Positions 38,825-51,490 of a stretch of DNA of 64,000 nt are shown here, piece after piece. Position 1 is the stretch's first letter, and each line of letters starts with the position of its first letter. The DNA lies in the NCBI GenBank assembly GCA_964016885.1, contig OZ024749.1:33170001-33234000 (forward strand). Reading direction: 5' to 3'. Below the pieces are notes generated by a model that was not told where the DNA came from, ran no database searches, and was given only the letters and a program-made list of their open reading frames with translations. The translations under genes and the position numbers were made by a program. The DNA is from Eledone cirrhosa (lineage: Eukaryota).

Positions 38825-38905
38825 AGCCGTGTCCCTTCAGTAGTAGCTTCTCATGTATCTGCTGGAAAGAAGTTAAAAATGGACAAACTCCCTGCTAAAT
38901 CATGA
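38825..38905 (+). CDS. Terminal coding exon H of bromodomain protein gene
   Basis: aaatttcag|AGC; SRVPSVVASHVSAGKKLKMDKLPAKS-TGA, followed by UTR-like sequence. Confidence 0.8.
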   Translation, partial: SRVPSVVASHVSAGKKLKMDKLPAKS

Positions 38906-39655
38906 CAAGCTCTCTTTTTGGTGAGGCAATCCAGTTGAAAAATTTAGTTTTTCTTTCAAAATAAATTCGATGTGGCAGGCCAGCCGGCTGGCAAACACAG
39001 ACAAACAGACAGACAAAAGAGGACAGAGACTGGTGGTCGGTGGTGGCACAGGTGATGGCTTGTATAAAATTTTAAAAAGTAAAAATTAAAATTAAAAAAT
39101 AAACCACAAAAAAATGCCTCACTGCCTACCTAACCTACCTACGTTATCTTAACCTTTATCATACCTATCTATGTAAGAACCTACCTGTGTGTATGTATGT
39201 TTACATCATCAGATACATCAAAGGAGGAAGAGATGAAGAAAGAAAGAAAGATGGAACGAAGGCTGAAGATGTACAAGATGTCGTTGGCAGTAAAAAGTGA
39301 AATTTATTTACCTCCTGTTGGCTTTTCTGTCTGCATTTTGGCAACTGTTCCTTTTCTCTTGGTTTTGTTTGTTTGTTTAAAAGGGTACTGGCTAATCCTT
39401 GCAATTGCTTAGTTAACTAATGTCTCATTCATATATATATGCAAAAAGTAAAGGGAAACAGCAAAGCAAACAACACAGTACAATGAAGAAATATATTAGT
39501 TTAATGTTTGATATAGTAGGAAAAGAGTCTTTACATTTCAGAAGATTGAATGAGAAATAAAAGATGAAATAGAAAGATAGAGAGTGAGAAGAGTAAGGAA
39601 GGAAAAGAAATTTTTTTGAGAAAAAGCATATATGTATTCAGTCAGCCATTTTGGT

Positions 39656-39689
<34 letters not shown>

Positions 39690-40262
39690 TACCATCATTT
39701 AACATCTATTTTTCCGTGTTTGCTTGGGTTAGACGAGTTGTCATATTATGAGACAAGTCAGGTCAGGTAACCACATCTTTCTCATACAGTATTGCATTTT
39801 GGCTAAATTTCTACAGCTGGATGCCCTTCCTCATGCCAACCACATTACTGTGTGGACTGGGTGCTTTTTATTATGGTAGGAAAACGAGCATCTAACAGGA
39901 TAGATTGGTTGCTTATGTTGTGGCACCAGATCAGCATACAGGGTGGGCTTGTATATATACACACACACACATATATATGTATATACATCTAGATATATAT
40001 ATATGTATATGTTGATATGTATGTGGTGGTGGTGGTGTCATGTTTCTCGGTTGGTTCATTATCAGACTGGAGAGTTGGAACTATGCCATCATCACTAACA
40101 CTATTATCACTACCACCATCACCACCATCACCACTACCCCAGCCATTATTTCATAGTAATCATTTTTTGTTCATTTTTTTTAAAGTAATTTTAAAATATT
40201 GTTATTATTATTATTATATTTTAAATTTATTTATTTTCTGAATCCTTTTAACTTATTCATAG

Positions 40263-40314
<52 letters not shown>

Positions 40315-40400
40315 GTGTGTATGTATGTATATATATATAAGCTGTCAAAGTGTTAAACCATGAAAATCTCACAATGTTGTCATTATTATTATTATTATTG

Positions 40401-40525
40401 TCTGAGTTGAAATCCCGCCGAGGTTAACTTTGCCTTTCATCCTTACGGGGTCGATAAAATAAAGTACCAGTAATACACTGGGATAATTGCTGGCCTTGTG
40501 CCAAAGGTAGAAACAATTATTATTA
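40401..40525 (+). mobile_element. Partial Meta/MESC-domain SINE
   Basis: Same core and tail as above. Confidence 0.8.
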
Positions 40526-40681
40526 TGTGGGCGGAGAGGCTTTTTTTTTCCTTTGCTTTTACTTCTCCTCCTACAGGTGCAGCACATACTGTGTGTATAT
40601 GTTCAAACTGTTTGTGTATATATATATGTAGCTTGTTGATAATTTATGGAAGATTTTGTGCCTCGGTTGTGTGTATCTATC

Positions 40682-40713
<32 letters not shown>

Positions 40714-41543
40714 TATTTCATTTGAGTGTAATTTGCTGAAAGGCACACCTCATCCTGTGTCTACTTGTTTTGTTGCGTCCTAGTGTGCACTGGAATGAAT
40801 AGTATCAACCTTAATGCAATGAAACTATTGTGATTTCCTTAGGTTGACTGATGAGAATTGTCTGTCCATTTTTCTCTCATTTTTTCTGTTGTCTTTTTCC
40901 TGTGCACCCCATTTTTATGATATATATATATAAGTGCAGGGCGATCAAAATAGATGGAAGACCTGGAACGATTTGATAAATTCCGATCTTACACCTCTCC
41001 AAGACAATGTCACTGGACCGAGATCTTTGGCGCTAAGTAGTAATACAGAAGACCCGACTTGCTTAAATACAAAGCGAAACCCACAGTCAGTAGGCACCTC
41101 TTACTCAAATATACACCCCCATCCCCTACCCCTACCCCTTTCTCTTTAAAGTTATGTTGGTACCACAACATCCAGTCCTAAATAAATGAGGTTGTGTAGG
41201 TGTCACGACAAAAAAACACAGTCCATGCTGTAATGTGGCCGTGTAGGTAACACGGTAAAAACCTCCCAGTCCACACTGTAAACGTGGTTGGTGTTAGGAA
41301 GGGCATCCAGCCATAGAAAACCCCGCCAGACATTCCTATACGAGCAAGACAACCAATCTTGCCTCACGTGGGACAATTCCCGTCTAAACCCATGCTAGCA
41401 TGGAAGATAGACGTTAAACGATGATGATGATGATATATATATGTATATAGATAGCTAGATAGATATTGAATGCCTGGAGTACGAGGACTGGGAAGACCAC
41501 AAATCAGGGTGGTACTCAATGCATGGAGGGGTGCAGAGTCGAT

Positions 41544-41663
41544 ATATTAATGGGGTAGAGATTCAACCACGAGCTCAACTGGTTTCAGCTTGTGACATCT
41601 TCAAAAAGAGTCTACAAGCCGAAACCGCTTGAGTTTGTGGCTGAATTTCTACTTCATTAATAT
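41544..41663. repeat. Diverged fold-back element with a relic hammerhead half (GAAACCRGTT)
   Basis: ATATTAATGGGGTAGAGATTCAACCAC...GGTTTCAGCTTGT / ACAAGCCGAAACC...GTGGCTGAATTTCTACTTCATTAATAT. Confidence 0.75.
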
Positions 41664-42439
41664 GTACGTATAGTTTATATGGTATGAGATAGTAAAGGAA
41701 GGTGTGTAAATGCACGCAAATTGCTGAGTGTGTACATATGTAAATTATGATGTAACTTTATATTCATGTATGTGTACATATATGACTCGGTACACATATA
41801 TATATATCTATGCGTATGTATATGTATGTGTGTGTATAATTATATATAAATGTATATATTGAAAGAGGGTAAGAGGTATGTATATCACATATTTACATAC
41901 TCTAAATTGTGAGATACAATTCCACTGAGAATGAATAGTTATGTTTGTTTGCTATCTCCCAGTCATAATACTCATGAGGTCCCATGTGTGCACGTCTTCA
42001 ATAAAACAGCTATACACACCCATAAATTACAGTGCCAATATTGTTAGAAAATCCCATAGATTGGAGGTATATAGCCTAAATCTTCTAAATACTATTACCA
42101 CCACCACTACCACTACTACTAGCCAAGAAGGAAGCTACTATGTGGTCACTCAACCTGTTAGCAATAGCAGCCAAATGTCCCTCAAATCATGCCGTCTTCT
42201 TAAAGAAGGACGCATTAGATAGTGTAGTCCTAGGTATACTGGACTGGCAAAGAAAAGAGGATATGATCAATGCTAGCATGCCCATTATCACGTACTATTA
42301 TCCACAAGTACTTAGTGTTGACATGATTAAAATCACCCAGCCCACCCTGTATGATGGTTGTATTGGGGACAAAGCACTGAGTTCGCCCTGTATGCTGGTT
42401 GGTGTTAGGAAGGGCATTGAGTTGTAGTGGGATAACAGG

Positions 42440-43070
42440 ATGAAAAGACTTTGTATGTAGTAAATGCACAAAGGTAATCAATGGGAAGAGTTTAATGATG
42501 TAAACCTTTTCCAATTACATAAAGGATCTATAGAAATGGTTGGTAATTTCTGCTATCTAGGTGACTTATTAGTTAGTAATGGAGGAGGGTGCTCTAAGAA
42601 ATCAATAGCTAGAATAAGGATAGGATGGAAGAAGTTTAGAGAACTACTCATTGTTGACAACAAAAGGTTTTTCCCTATGTACAAGAGGATGACTGTATGA
42701 GGCCTGTGTGTGAAGTGCGATGCTGCATAGTAGTGAAACATGGACAGTGACTGGAAACAAATGATGCATGGTTGCTTCATTGAATGTGCAATGTAAATGT
42801 GAGAGAAAGGCAGAGCTTGGATGAACTGAGGGAAAAACTGGGTTTAAGAGGAATCTGAAGTGGTGTGCAAAAGAGAAGACTGCATTTGTATAGATGTGAT
42901 GCATATGGATGATGACCACTGGGTAAAGAAGTGCCAAGAAATCCCAGTGGAGGAAAGCCACAGTAAAAGTGGACCAAGGAAGACTTGGGCAGAAGTGGTG
43001 TCAGCCGATCTCAAATTACAGAGGAGATGAAGGAACGTCCAACCCATGCAATGTGGAAAAATGGATGTAA
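42440..43070 (+). mobile_element. Degenerate RTE-clade LINE 3' portion
   Basis: IEMVGNFCYLGDLL...ARIRIGWKKFREL; later PRKTWAEVV; tail TCCAACCCATGC...GGAAAAATGGATGTAAA shared with the SINE tails. Confidence 0.8.
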
Positions 43071-43887
43071 AAAACAGGAAAGGCAGTGTCTTTGAACCTT
43101 TATTTATTCGGATCCTCTGAAACTGGTGAGAAGATGGGAAGAAGATATTGTTAAATTGGAAACCTTGCTCTAATTGTTTTGTTACAAAGAGAACTCTGCT
43201 AGCTGAAGTCAGCCAAGTGTGAGATGATGTTAGTAAACCATGATTGGAAGTCTACCACACAAGTAGACCACAGCTGACAATAATTGTGTCTAACATCTGA
43301 GATGGCCATGTATGACTGACTTTTCTTTGCAATGCTGGTAATTACTGCGATGGATGTCACCTGTCCATCTTAGGCAACATTTGATAATGCCATGTCAAGC
43401 CCTCATACAGATAACTCAGCACAGGCAAGAGATCAAATGGTTGCCTCATGCAACACTATAAAGACCAAACGAAACAATGAAGAACAGCATCGAACCTAAG
43501 TCCCAGGAACACATACTATAATTAGGTTTAATCTCTATATATATAGAGATTTGGGCTTGATTCTATTTTTAATTGAATACATTTAGTATTTGTTTAAATA
43601 TATATATATATATATGTACATAATACTAGTAGTTTCTCAACTTCAACTTGATATAGGAAAAGGATTTTTTATGTTATTTAAATTTGTATATACATATATG
43701 TATCCATTTGTCTTACTCAGTTGTTTGTATATATATATATATTCTAGATGTGGTGGTGTTGATTAATGAGAAATGTTTTAACTTTATATTATTTTGATTC
43801 ATCTTATTGTCATTATCATCACTATCATCACCATTCTGATGGTCATCATCATCAACTCCACACTATCTTCAAGAAAGACAAAATACA

Positions 43888-43926
43888 ATAAAGACTCCAT
43901 CAAGTGAGAAAAGAAGTCTCAATAAA
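43888..43926 (+). terminator. Candidate polyadenylation signals of the bromodomain gene (about 5-kb 3' UTR)
   Basis: Two AATAAA hexamers (about 43888 and 43921) followed by a T/CT-rich downstream element. Earlier AATAAA hexamers also exist, so this is uncertain. Confidence 0.35.
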
Positions 43927-45506
43927 TCTAATCTAATCATATTTTCTAATCTGTTTTCTCTCTCTTTAATAATTTTCGATTCCAACGTCAACGTTGATGA
44001 CAATATCGAGCTTATGTAGCAGAAAAATCATACGATTGTAACAACTGAGACAAACTAATACAGAAAATATATACAATAGATATGTCCCACTTAAAATATT
44101 TAGAATATCAAATGAGTAATTCAACACGCTTAAACATACATCTTATTATTTTACTGGATTTAGTCATTAGTCTACGAACATGCTGGGGCACCGTCAATCA
44201 TATCGAGTCCGTTGGGAGTATCATATGTATTTTGTCTTGGACATTTAAATCTGCAGAGCCCGTCCCTCTCCACGTCTTCCAGAGAAAAGTAATATTAGTG
44301 CTGGACTGGTATTTTGTTTATCAATCTCAAAAGGATGAAAAGCAAAGTTGATATCGTCGTCATTGGTAAACAGAAAAACAGAACGAATACCACAAAGCAG
44401 TCTAATCTGACGTTCTAATGAGTACCAATTCGTTAATTTACCAACCTCTAAACATTGTTTTTTGAAACAAACAGAATAGTTACCTCGTGCGTAGAATTAC
44501 GAGGGTATATTTCACAGTTGATGGACGATTAGACTGAGAGGAGCAGAGAGAGAAGGAAATTTATGAAAAATATATAAGGAGTTATGCAGTGTGATGGGGG
44601 AGATATTGTAAATAACCAAAGCAATATATTTGTTCAACCAGTACACTGACAAAATACGTCTTTGCCCAGACTATGCCTATATACATATATCTAAAAAGTC
44701 ATGGAAAATAGTGAAATACTATACTATAATGAGTAATTATATTATATATAAACAAATATATATATATATACAAATACCCATTTTAAAGTGTTCCTATTTC
44801 TATTAAAATTACTGTTAATTAATGTTCTAAGCATCAGTTTATTGAAAACATTTTTTTTTTTAATTCCTTAAAATTTTCTAGTATTTTCCAAATTCACGCA
44901 GTGTATTCTATTAGAAATATGGTGACAGAAGGGTTAAATCCTTAATAGTGATGTATGGTAACAGTGTTCGAAATGTGACAAGGTCGTTTTCTGTGACAGG
45001 CAGTTCTTTGGGAATTGCTCTACCATTCATTGCACTATTTTATTTTCTTTCAGCACACCTCTCTCGTTGCGGAGAGGAGTATCAAGAAGAAAACGAAAAT
45101 AATAGTAAAAGCAACAGCAGTTAGTTTTAATTCTCCTCCAAGTTTCTATACCCACAACCCCCACCTCTCTCGGAATCACTATTGCAATGGGAATGATTGG
45201 CTTCTGCTTATCGTTAACAAGGTGGTAAAAATATGAAAAATATAATTGCTACTGATGGGACTAGCAATTATTCTAATTAGTTACGTGGTGGTAATGGCGA
45301 GAATTGTTCTTCAAATATCTTCAACAAACAATGGTCAGTACGTTTCATTCGATACTAACCTCACCTTACAAAATTTATACTGTGTTTACAGAGAGGGCGA
45401 GGGCTCCCAAAACTACCAAAACATCTATTTGTATATGCGCTACTATTTATGTACGTGTTATGTTTATCGCGTATCGAAGTTTATATATATATTGGTTGAT
45501 ATTTCA

Positions 45507-45697
45507 TAATTGTTTCTACTTTTTGGCACAAGGCCAGCAATTACCCAGTACATTACTGGTACTTTATTTTATCGACCCCGTAAGGATGAAAGGCAAAGTT
45601 AACCTCGGCCGGATTTGAACTCAGACCATAAAGGGCCGTAACTTTATGCTGGAAAGCATGACGTCCGACCCTCTACCGATACTGCCAATCCCCCGCC
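45507..45697 (-). mobile_element. Full-length Meta/MESC-domain SINE
   Basis: Reverse complement of the 38458-38650 family. Further copies at 46715-46883 (-), 47795-47977 (+), 48350-48532 (+), 22560-22706 (+). Confidence 0.85.
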
Positions 45698-46576
45698 CTT
45701 TATATTTCATAACAGCTAAACTAATTACTACAACTAAATTGACCAAATTCCACCCTCCCAATTCAGAAATGCTTCCACCGCTCTTGGTTTAAGCGAGAAC
45801 AAACTGATTCAGATTCTACAGTGATCGGAATTTTGAGATAGTTTTGATACTTTCACGAGTAACCCCCCCTCCTCCTCTATCTTTCTCTTTGATGGAAGAG
45901 GTTGGTTTTATTTTTGGTGTAACGGTTGTCAAATATCTTTAAAAAAAAAAAAAATGGTCAGTATGTTTCATTCGATACTAACTTCACCTTATAAAATTTA
46001 TACTGAGTTTAAACATGAACAAACTGACTGAGTTCGCAGTGATCGGAATTTTGATACTTTTACGAGTAGAAATCGCCCCTCTCTTTCTCTTTGATGGAAA
46101 AAGTTGGTTTTATTTATGGTGTAACGGTAGAGCTTCAGATAAGTTGAAAACATATTATATTGCTTGCTCTATTAATGCTAAATATACTTGAACAAATAAA
46201 TATGGAATGGAGAGAGCGAGAGAGATAAATGAAATATTTACCTATGACAATCTTGACGTTTTATCGTCTTTATGTATAGATACATTTTTTTTATCACAGT
46301 AATGTAATAGATTTATTTTCAGCGTAATTGAGTCAAAGAAAAATAGTTTTTGAGGATGGATTACAAGCAATATATGAAGTCTAATAGTTTACCTCATCTA
46401 GTTCTACCTTTTACCTTTTACTCCAATTACGCCTACGCCTCTTGCGGTAATATATATAGAGACAGCCTTTGCTGCTGAGACTGAGGAAACCACTAATCAT
46501 GTGTACTCGACACATGGGGAGATGTAGAGTGTGTATAGAAATATGTAATATCCAGGGATTTTACATATCTCTCTCT

Positions 46577-46612
<36 letters not shown>

Positions 46613-47174
46613 AGAAAATAAAAAATGACGAAAATCCTCAGTTGTCAACATGCCAAATACGCAAAAGTGTAGAATTTTTTTTTGTGTGTACTAGCGTATA
46701 TATGGTGTTATTATAATTGTTTCTACTTTTGGCACAAGGCCAGCAATTATACCAGTGTATTACTGGTACTTTATTTTATCGACCCCGTAAGGATGAAAGG
46801 CAAAGTTAAACTCGGCGGGATTTGAACTCAGTCCGTAAAGGGACGTAACTGTGCTGCAAAGCATGGCGTCCGACCCTCTACCGAGTGTGTATTGGTATAT
46901 ACGAGTGTGTGTGTATGCATGTATATATATATATATATATTATGAAGAGAGATTATTTTATGTGTACATCTGTTTATAACTATGTAATAAAAAGATGTAC
47001 ACATAAAACCGTCTCTCTTTATAATATTGAAACATTCTAAGGAATACAAATTGTAGAGTGCTTTTTGTCTTTACAAAAAAAATCGGCGGATTATACGATC
47101 AAACAACTTTCATTAATATATATATATATATATATACATGTGGTATAGTTAAAAATCTGTTATATCGAATTGCA

Positions 47175-47665
47175 CAATTCGATATAACAGCTTTTGCCCC
47201 TCTATCACTAGTTCATTAGCTAAAGCTTTAGAGTTCGCCCGTCGGTTTAGTCCAATCACTGACCTAGAAATAAAACTCTAGACCCTCCTCATATTTACAA
47301 ATGAGTCTACCTGGGTTAAAAAAATCAACCCCAGATGATCCTTCCGATGAATCGATAGGATCGTACGACAAAGCAGAGGTGTATGGTTTGGTTGGATTCT
47401 TCATCATTCATACCCTTAAAAGAAAATTCCACAACCACGCCATTGGTTTCTACTCTAACGGACATTCCCTAAATAATTTCCACAAGGAACTAAGTGACTT
47501 TAGATGTTAAATTGTATTTACATGAAACCTAACGAAAAATTAAGATATACTAACAGAACGTTCTGCAACAACCCTCCAGTAATCTTTAAAAGTTGTAGTC
47601 CCTAACATTAGACGTAGAATCTCTAACTTATCTTCTTGCAATGATATATTTGATAAGGCAGACTC
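47175..47665 (+). mobile_element. Degenerate Penelope-like element reverse transcriptase fragment
   Basis: Frameshifted translation FDITAF.PSIT..LAKALEFA; IGSYDKAEVYGLVGFFIIHTL (MGSYDGAEVCELVG-like); CNNPPVIFK...IRRRISNLSS...IFDKA (SNHPP...RRIS.LSS motif). Confidence 0.75.
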
Positions 47666-49922
47666 ATACAAAGCACACACACATATATATCAGACCGACC
47701 TGTACACTCTCCCCGTCCCATCCACTTTAGGGTGGGTGAGAGATGTCTTCTCTTGTGAAAATGGGTATAGCTTTCATTATGTAAAATGTTCCGGTGGATT
47801 GGCAGTATCGGTAGAGGGTCGGACGCCATGCTTTCCAGCATAGTTACGTCCCTTTACGATCTGAGTTCAAATCCCGCCGAGGTTGACTTTGCCTTTCATC
47901 CTTACAGGGTCGATAAAATAAAGTACCAGTAATGCACTGGGTAATTGCTGGCCTTGTGCCTAAAGTAGAAACAATTATGTAAAATGTTCCCATTTTGCCT
48001 CATTTCTCCTCGTTTTGGGGCACTTTTTTCATGGTACTCCCCATTTGAGTTTTTAGACGTTGGCAGGTATCTATAAAGAATTTAATCATAAATGGAGATA
48101 TCCACTCCAGTCATATATATCAAGATATAGATATGGTCAATGTATTATAATTATCAGCAATTATTGCAAGCGAAACTAGTCCAAGGTAGTAATGCATGTT
48201 GTGTTGTAAGGTCAAAATGATTGAAGATAAGCAGGGTTATAAAGTATAATATAAAATTTAGAGGGAGACAACCAAAAATATCAATAAAATATTTATTTTA
48301 CAATTGTTTCGATTAATGTAGTTAAATAGTCCATAATTAACGGTATTATTGATTGGCAGTATCGGTAGAGGGTCGGACGCCATGCTTTCCAGCATAGTTA
48401 CGTCACTTTAGGATCTGAGTTCAAATCCTGCCGAGGTTAACTTTGCCTTTCTTCCTTACGGGGTCGATAAAACAAAGTACCAGTAATGTACTGAGTAATT
48501 ACTGGCCTTGTGCCTAAAATAGAAACAATTATTGATATAACAGATAAAATGATAGGTGTATTGATTATAGATCAATAGATGCATTGATGATACATCTATC
48601 TAGGAGATAAGAGTACTCAATAACGAGGTAGACTTTAAATATTTCTTTTAAGGCTAAACAGCAAGTCTGTAGTTTCGCCTGTTAATTAATAAAATGAATA
48701 TATATATATTTAGTAATAAATTTACGAAATTACACTGCCACGAGATGCTTTGCCCATGACATTGTAACACCGTACCATACATTAACTTACTCAATGCTAA
48801 CTGAAATTAATTCAGATAACAAAGTACTTTCATACAGATTTAGTAATGTAGTGGCTATATTGAACAAACTAATTAGTTATCAATAGAATTACTAAGGGTT
48901 ACCAATAAAATTAGTACAACTAATATCAATCAATCGAACTGATTAATAAAATAAAATATCAACATATATACATAATATATATTGCGAGTATGAAATTCGG
49001 GTAAGAGATGTATTGATTGACGTACAACAAACCAAATATACAAATTAAATTCTGATGGTTGAGCCGGGGAAGGAAAATACAAATCTAGCGGCAATTATCA
49101 GCAACTCTAAAAACGGCAAGGGGAGATAATCTGAAGAAATTAAGATGTTATGTAGTTATATATATACACTTGTCAATTGCAGCTTAACACTTTAGCATTT
49201 ACATTGCTCCATATTTACTATTATATTTTCATGGTAACTCACATACTATCGAATCTATGAGATTTTGATATTATTTATTTTGAGAACAGTGCCTTAGCAT
49301 CAGTATGAGCGGCTGGTTTGAACAGAAAGAGGTGAGGGGATTATGGCCGGTTTAATGTTTTGCATTATATATATATAATCCACTACAATAAAAGCGCAAA
49401 ATAAAAATAAATAGCCCAATCTATTCCATCAATATGATTTCTGATTGATGCGTCATATATATATACTGTTTGTTTCAATATGATCTCATGACTAAATTTA
49501 GAATATTTATACCTGCATAGAAATAATTGTTTCTACTTTAGGCACAAGGCCAGCAATTACCCAGTTCATTATGTTCATGTATCTAGCCTAGTTCTTATTC
49601 AGAATATTGTTTCATCCTCTTATAATTAGTTCTAGTTACTGCAGAAAGTATTAAATATCAACTAAACTATTAATATATTGACAGTTTGTTTTCTCTTCAC
49701 GGCAAGTTTCATCTTAAGTATTAATATTGTAACGTGGTAACATTTTAACGTGCGGTCAACTTTCACATCCATATCCTGTGAAGTCTCCCTTAACTACAAA
49801 AACTTCCCCTAATCACTTAGAGAAAAAAAAAAGGAACGCGTGGCCTTTCTGTCTTTCAAGCGTTTATCAGTGACATTATTTGTCATGTTCTTCTGAACGA
49901 ATTGCGAGCAATTTATGTTATT

Positions 49923-49953
<31 letters not shown>

Positions 49954-50969
49954 TTTGTAATGTTATTTATACAACTGAATACAATCCACACACCGTTAAC
50001 TTTGAACGGTCCACTTTTCTAGTCGTACATATAACTGTTTTAGTACTATAGCCTTTTGAAATATATAGCATGGAGAAAAAAAAAAAAAGCATTGCATGTG
50101 TTGGGCTGATGACATGGTCCGTGTAATGTTTATGGTTACGTTCTCCAGGCTAATATATAGCCTGTCACTGCTGCCATACAGGCTATAAAAGCGTCGTTAT
50201 ATTTAAACATTATAAAAAGGTAATTTATTTAGAATAGTAGGTAACTCATATCTGTAAAGATACATATACGAAAGAAAAAAAATCCACTGTACATTATGTG
50301 CCTGCTAAGTTGATTTTCTTTTGCATAACTAGTGATTTATTTCCGGTATCGCTTATAACGCCCCTAACTTAATTCCTGTTAAGTCTTTCTCGAACTGTAA
50401 TTCTGATAAGTAAATTCTTTTTATTGTTGTTTGAAAGTGAAGAAATGTCAACAATTTGTCCGTTTGTAACTTTAAACGTTACAAAAAAAAAACAAAAAAA
50501 ACTGAAAAGTAAAAGTTTCCTCGGCAAGGGAGACTACTCTGCCTGCAGTATTACACGACTACATTTAAAATAAAAGTTACTCTGCATTTTATTTAAACTT
50601 GTTCAAACGAAGTGATATGTGTGTGTGGATATTGCTGTATTTATAAACTAGCTGTAGAATAAAGGTATTTCCCAAATTGAAAAAGAACCCGATTAACTGT
50701 AAAAGGTAGGGGAGGGGGGGAATCGACAAATACCGAAAACTGACGGAGGGGGGGGGGTGGGGGGAATGGAGACTATATATATATATATAAAGCCTAAAAA
50801 TAGACCGATTTTCTGTTTATTGTGTAACATAATTAGGATAACAATTATATTAGCTTTATATATAAGCTAATACAATCTAACGAAAAAGAATTATACCAAA
50901 TTTGTTTTGACTAATAAGTTCATATAACTCCAAGGCAACACATTTTATTTTTAGTCCTGCTCTATTCAC

Positions 50970-51215
50970 AGCTAAGGCCTATCCATACTGGTTCTGCGCC
51001 TTGAAGTGTTCACAAAAGTTGCGGAAAAAAAAAAAAAAATGATCAGCAAAGTACTTCATTTTCGGTCTGTGACATTGGAGATGTTTGGGAAAGCTAAGCT
51101 GCTGACTACGAGCTCCTTGTCATTGGTGGCGGCAAGCTTTACCGAAGTATCAGGTGATGTTCGTGGTGCTTGGCTATTCTAGCGCCTTAGCCTCGCTATC
51201 CCGTGTCTTGACTTG
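50970..51215 (+). mobile_element. Possible CRE-clade (RLE) non-LTR retrotransposon C-terminal relic
   Basis: FRSVTLEMFG...FTEVSGDVRGAWLF*RLSLAI resembles F.PVAVET.G...L..VTGD.RE..FL.QRLS.AIQ. Confidence 0.55.
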
Positions 51216-51225
51216 CCTAAAACGC

Positions 51226-51490
51226 TTTTTTTTTTTACGCTCCGAGTCGCTGAAGCATGGAACGAACTACCTGCATCAGTTAGCTGTCGAGATACTGCAT
51301 CTTTTAAAACCTCCATGCTTCCTGAAATTCGCCAACACTACACCTGATACCCCCCCCCCCTCCATACACACATGTATATCATGACTCGTACACTGTTCAT
51401 TTTCCTGACATTTGAACATTATTCTATGTACCTTTGATGAGTTGTAGTGCATCTGAGTACTGTACACAATAATTTCATTATTAATAATAA
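51226..51490 (+). mobile_element. CR1-like LINE 3' terminal fragment
   Basis: Matches 36945-37200 (TTACGCTC.GAGT.GCTGAAGCATGGAAC...TGATGAGTTGTAGTGCA...ACACAATAATTTCATTATT). Another tiny 3' end is at about 62923-62970. Confidence 0.88.

Noticed and set aside
39197-39412. ORF with a hydrophobic C-terminal segment
   Set aside because: It lies downstream of the stop codon in UTR-like sequence, with no motif or splice support.
45330-46130. Local diverged duplication (45330/45953 and 45798/46017)
   Set aside because: An ordinary old tandem duplication with no evident functional signal.
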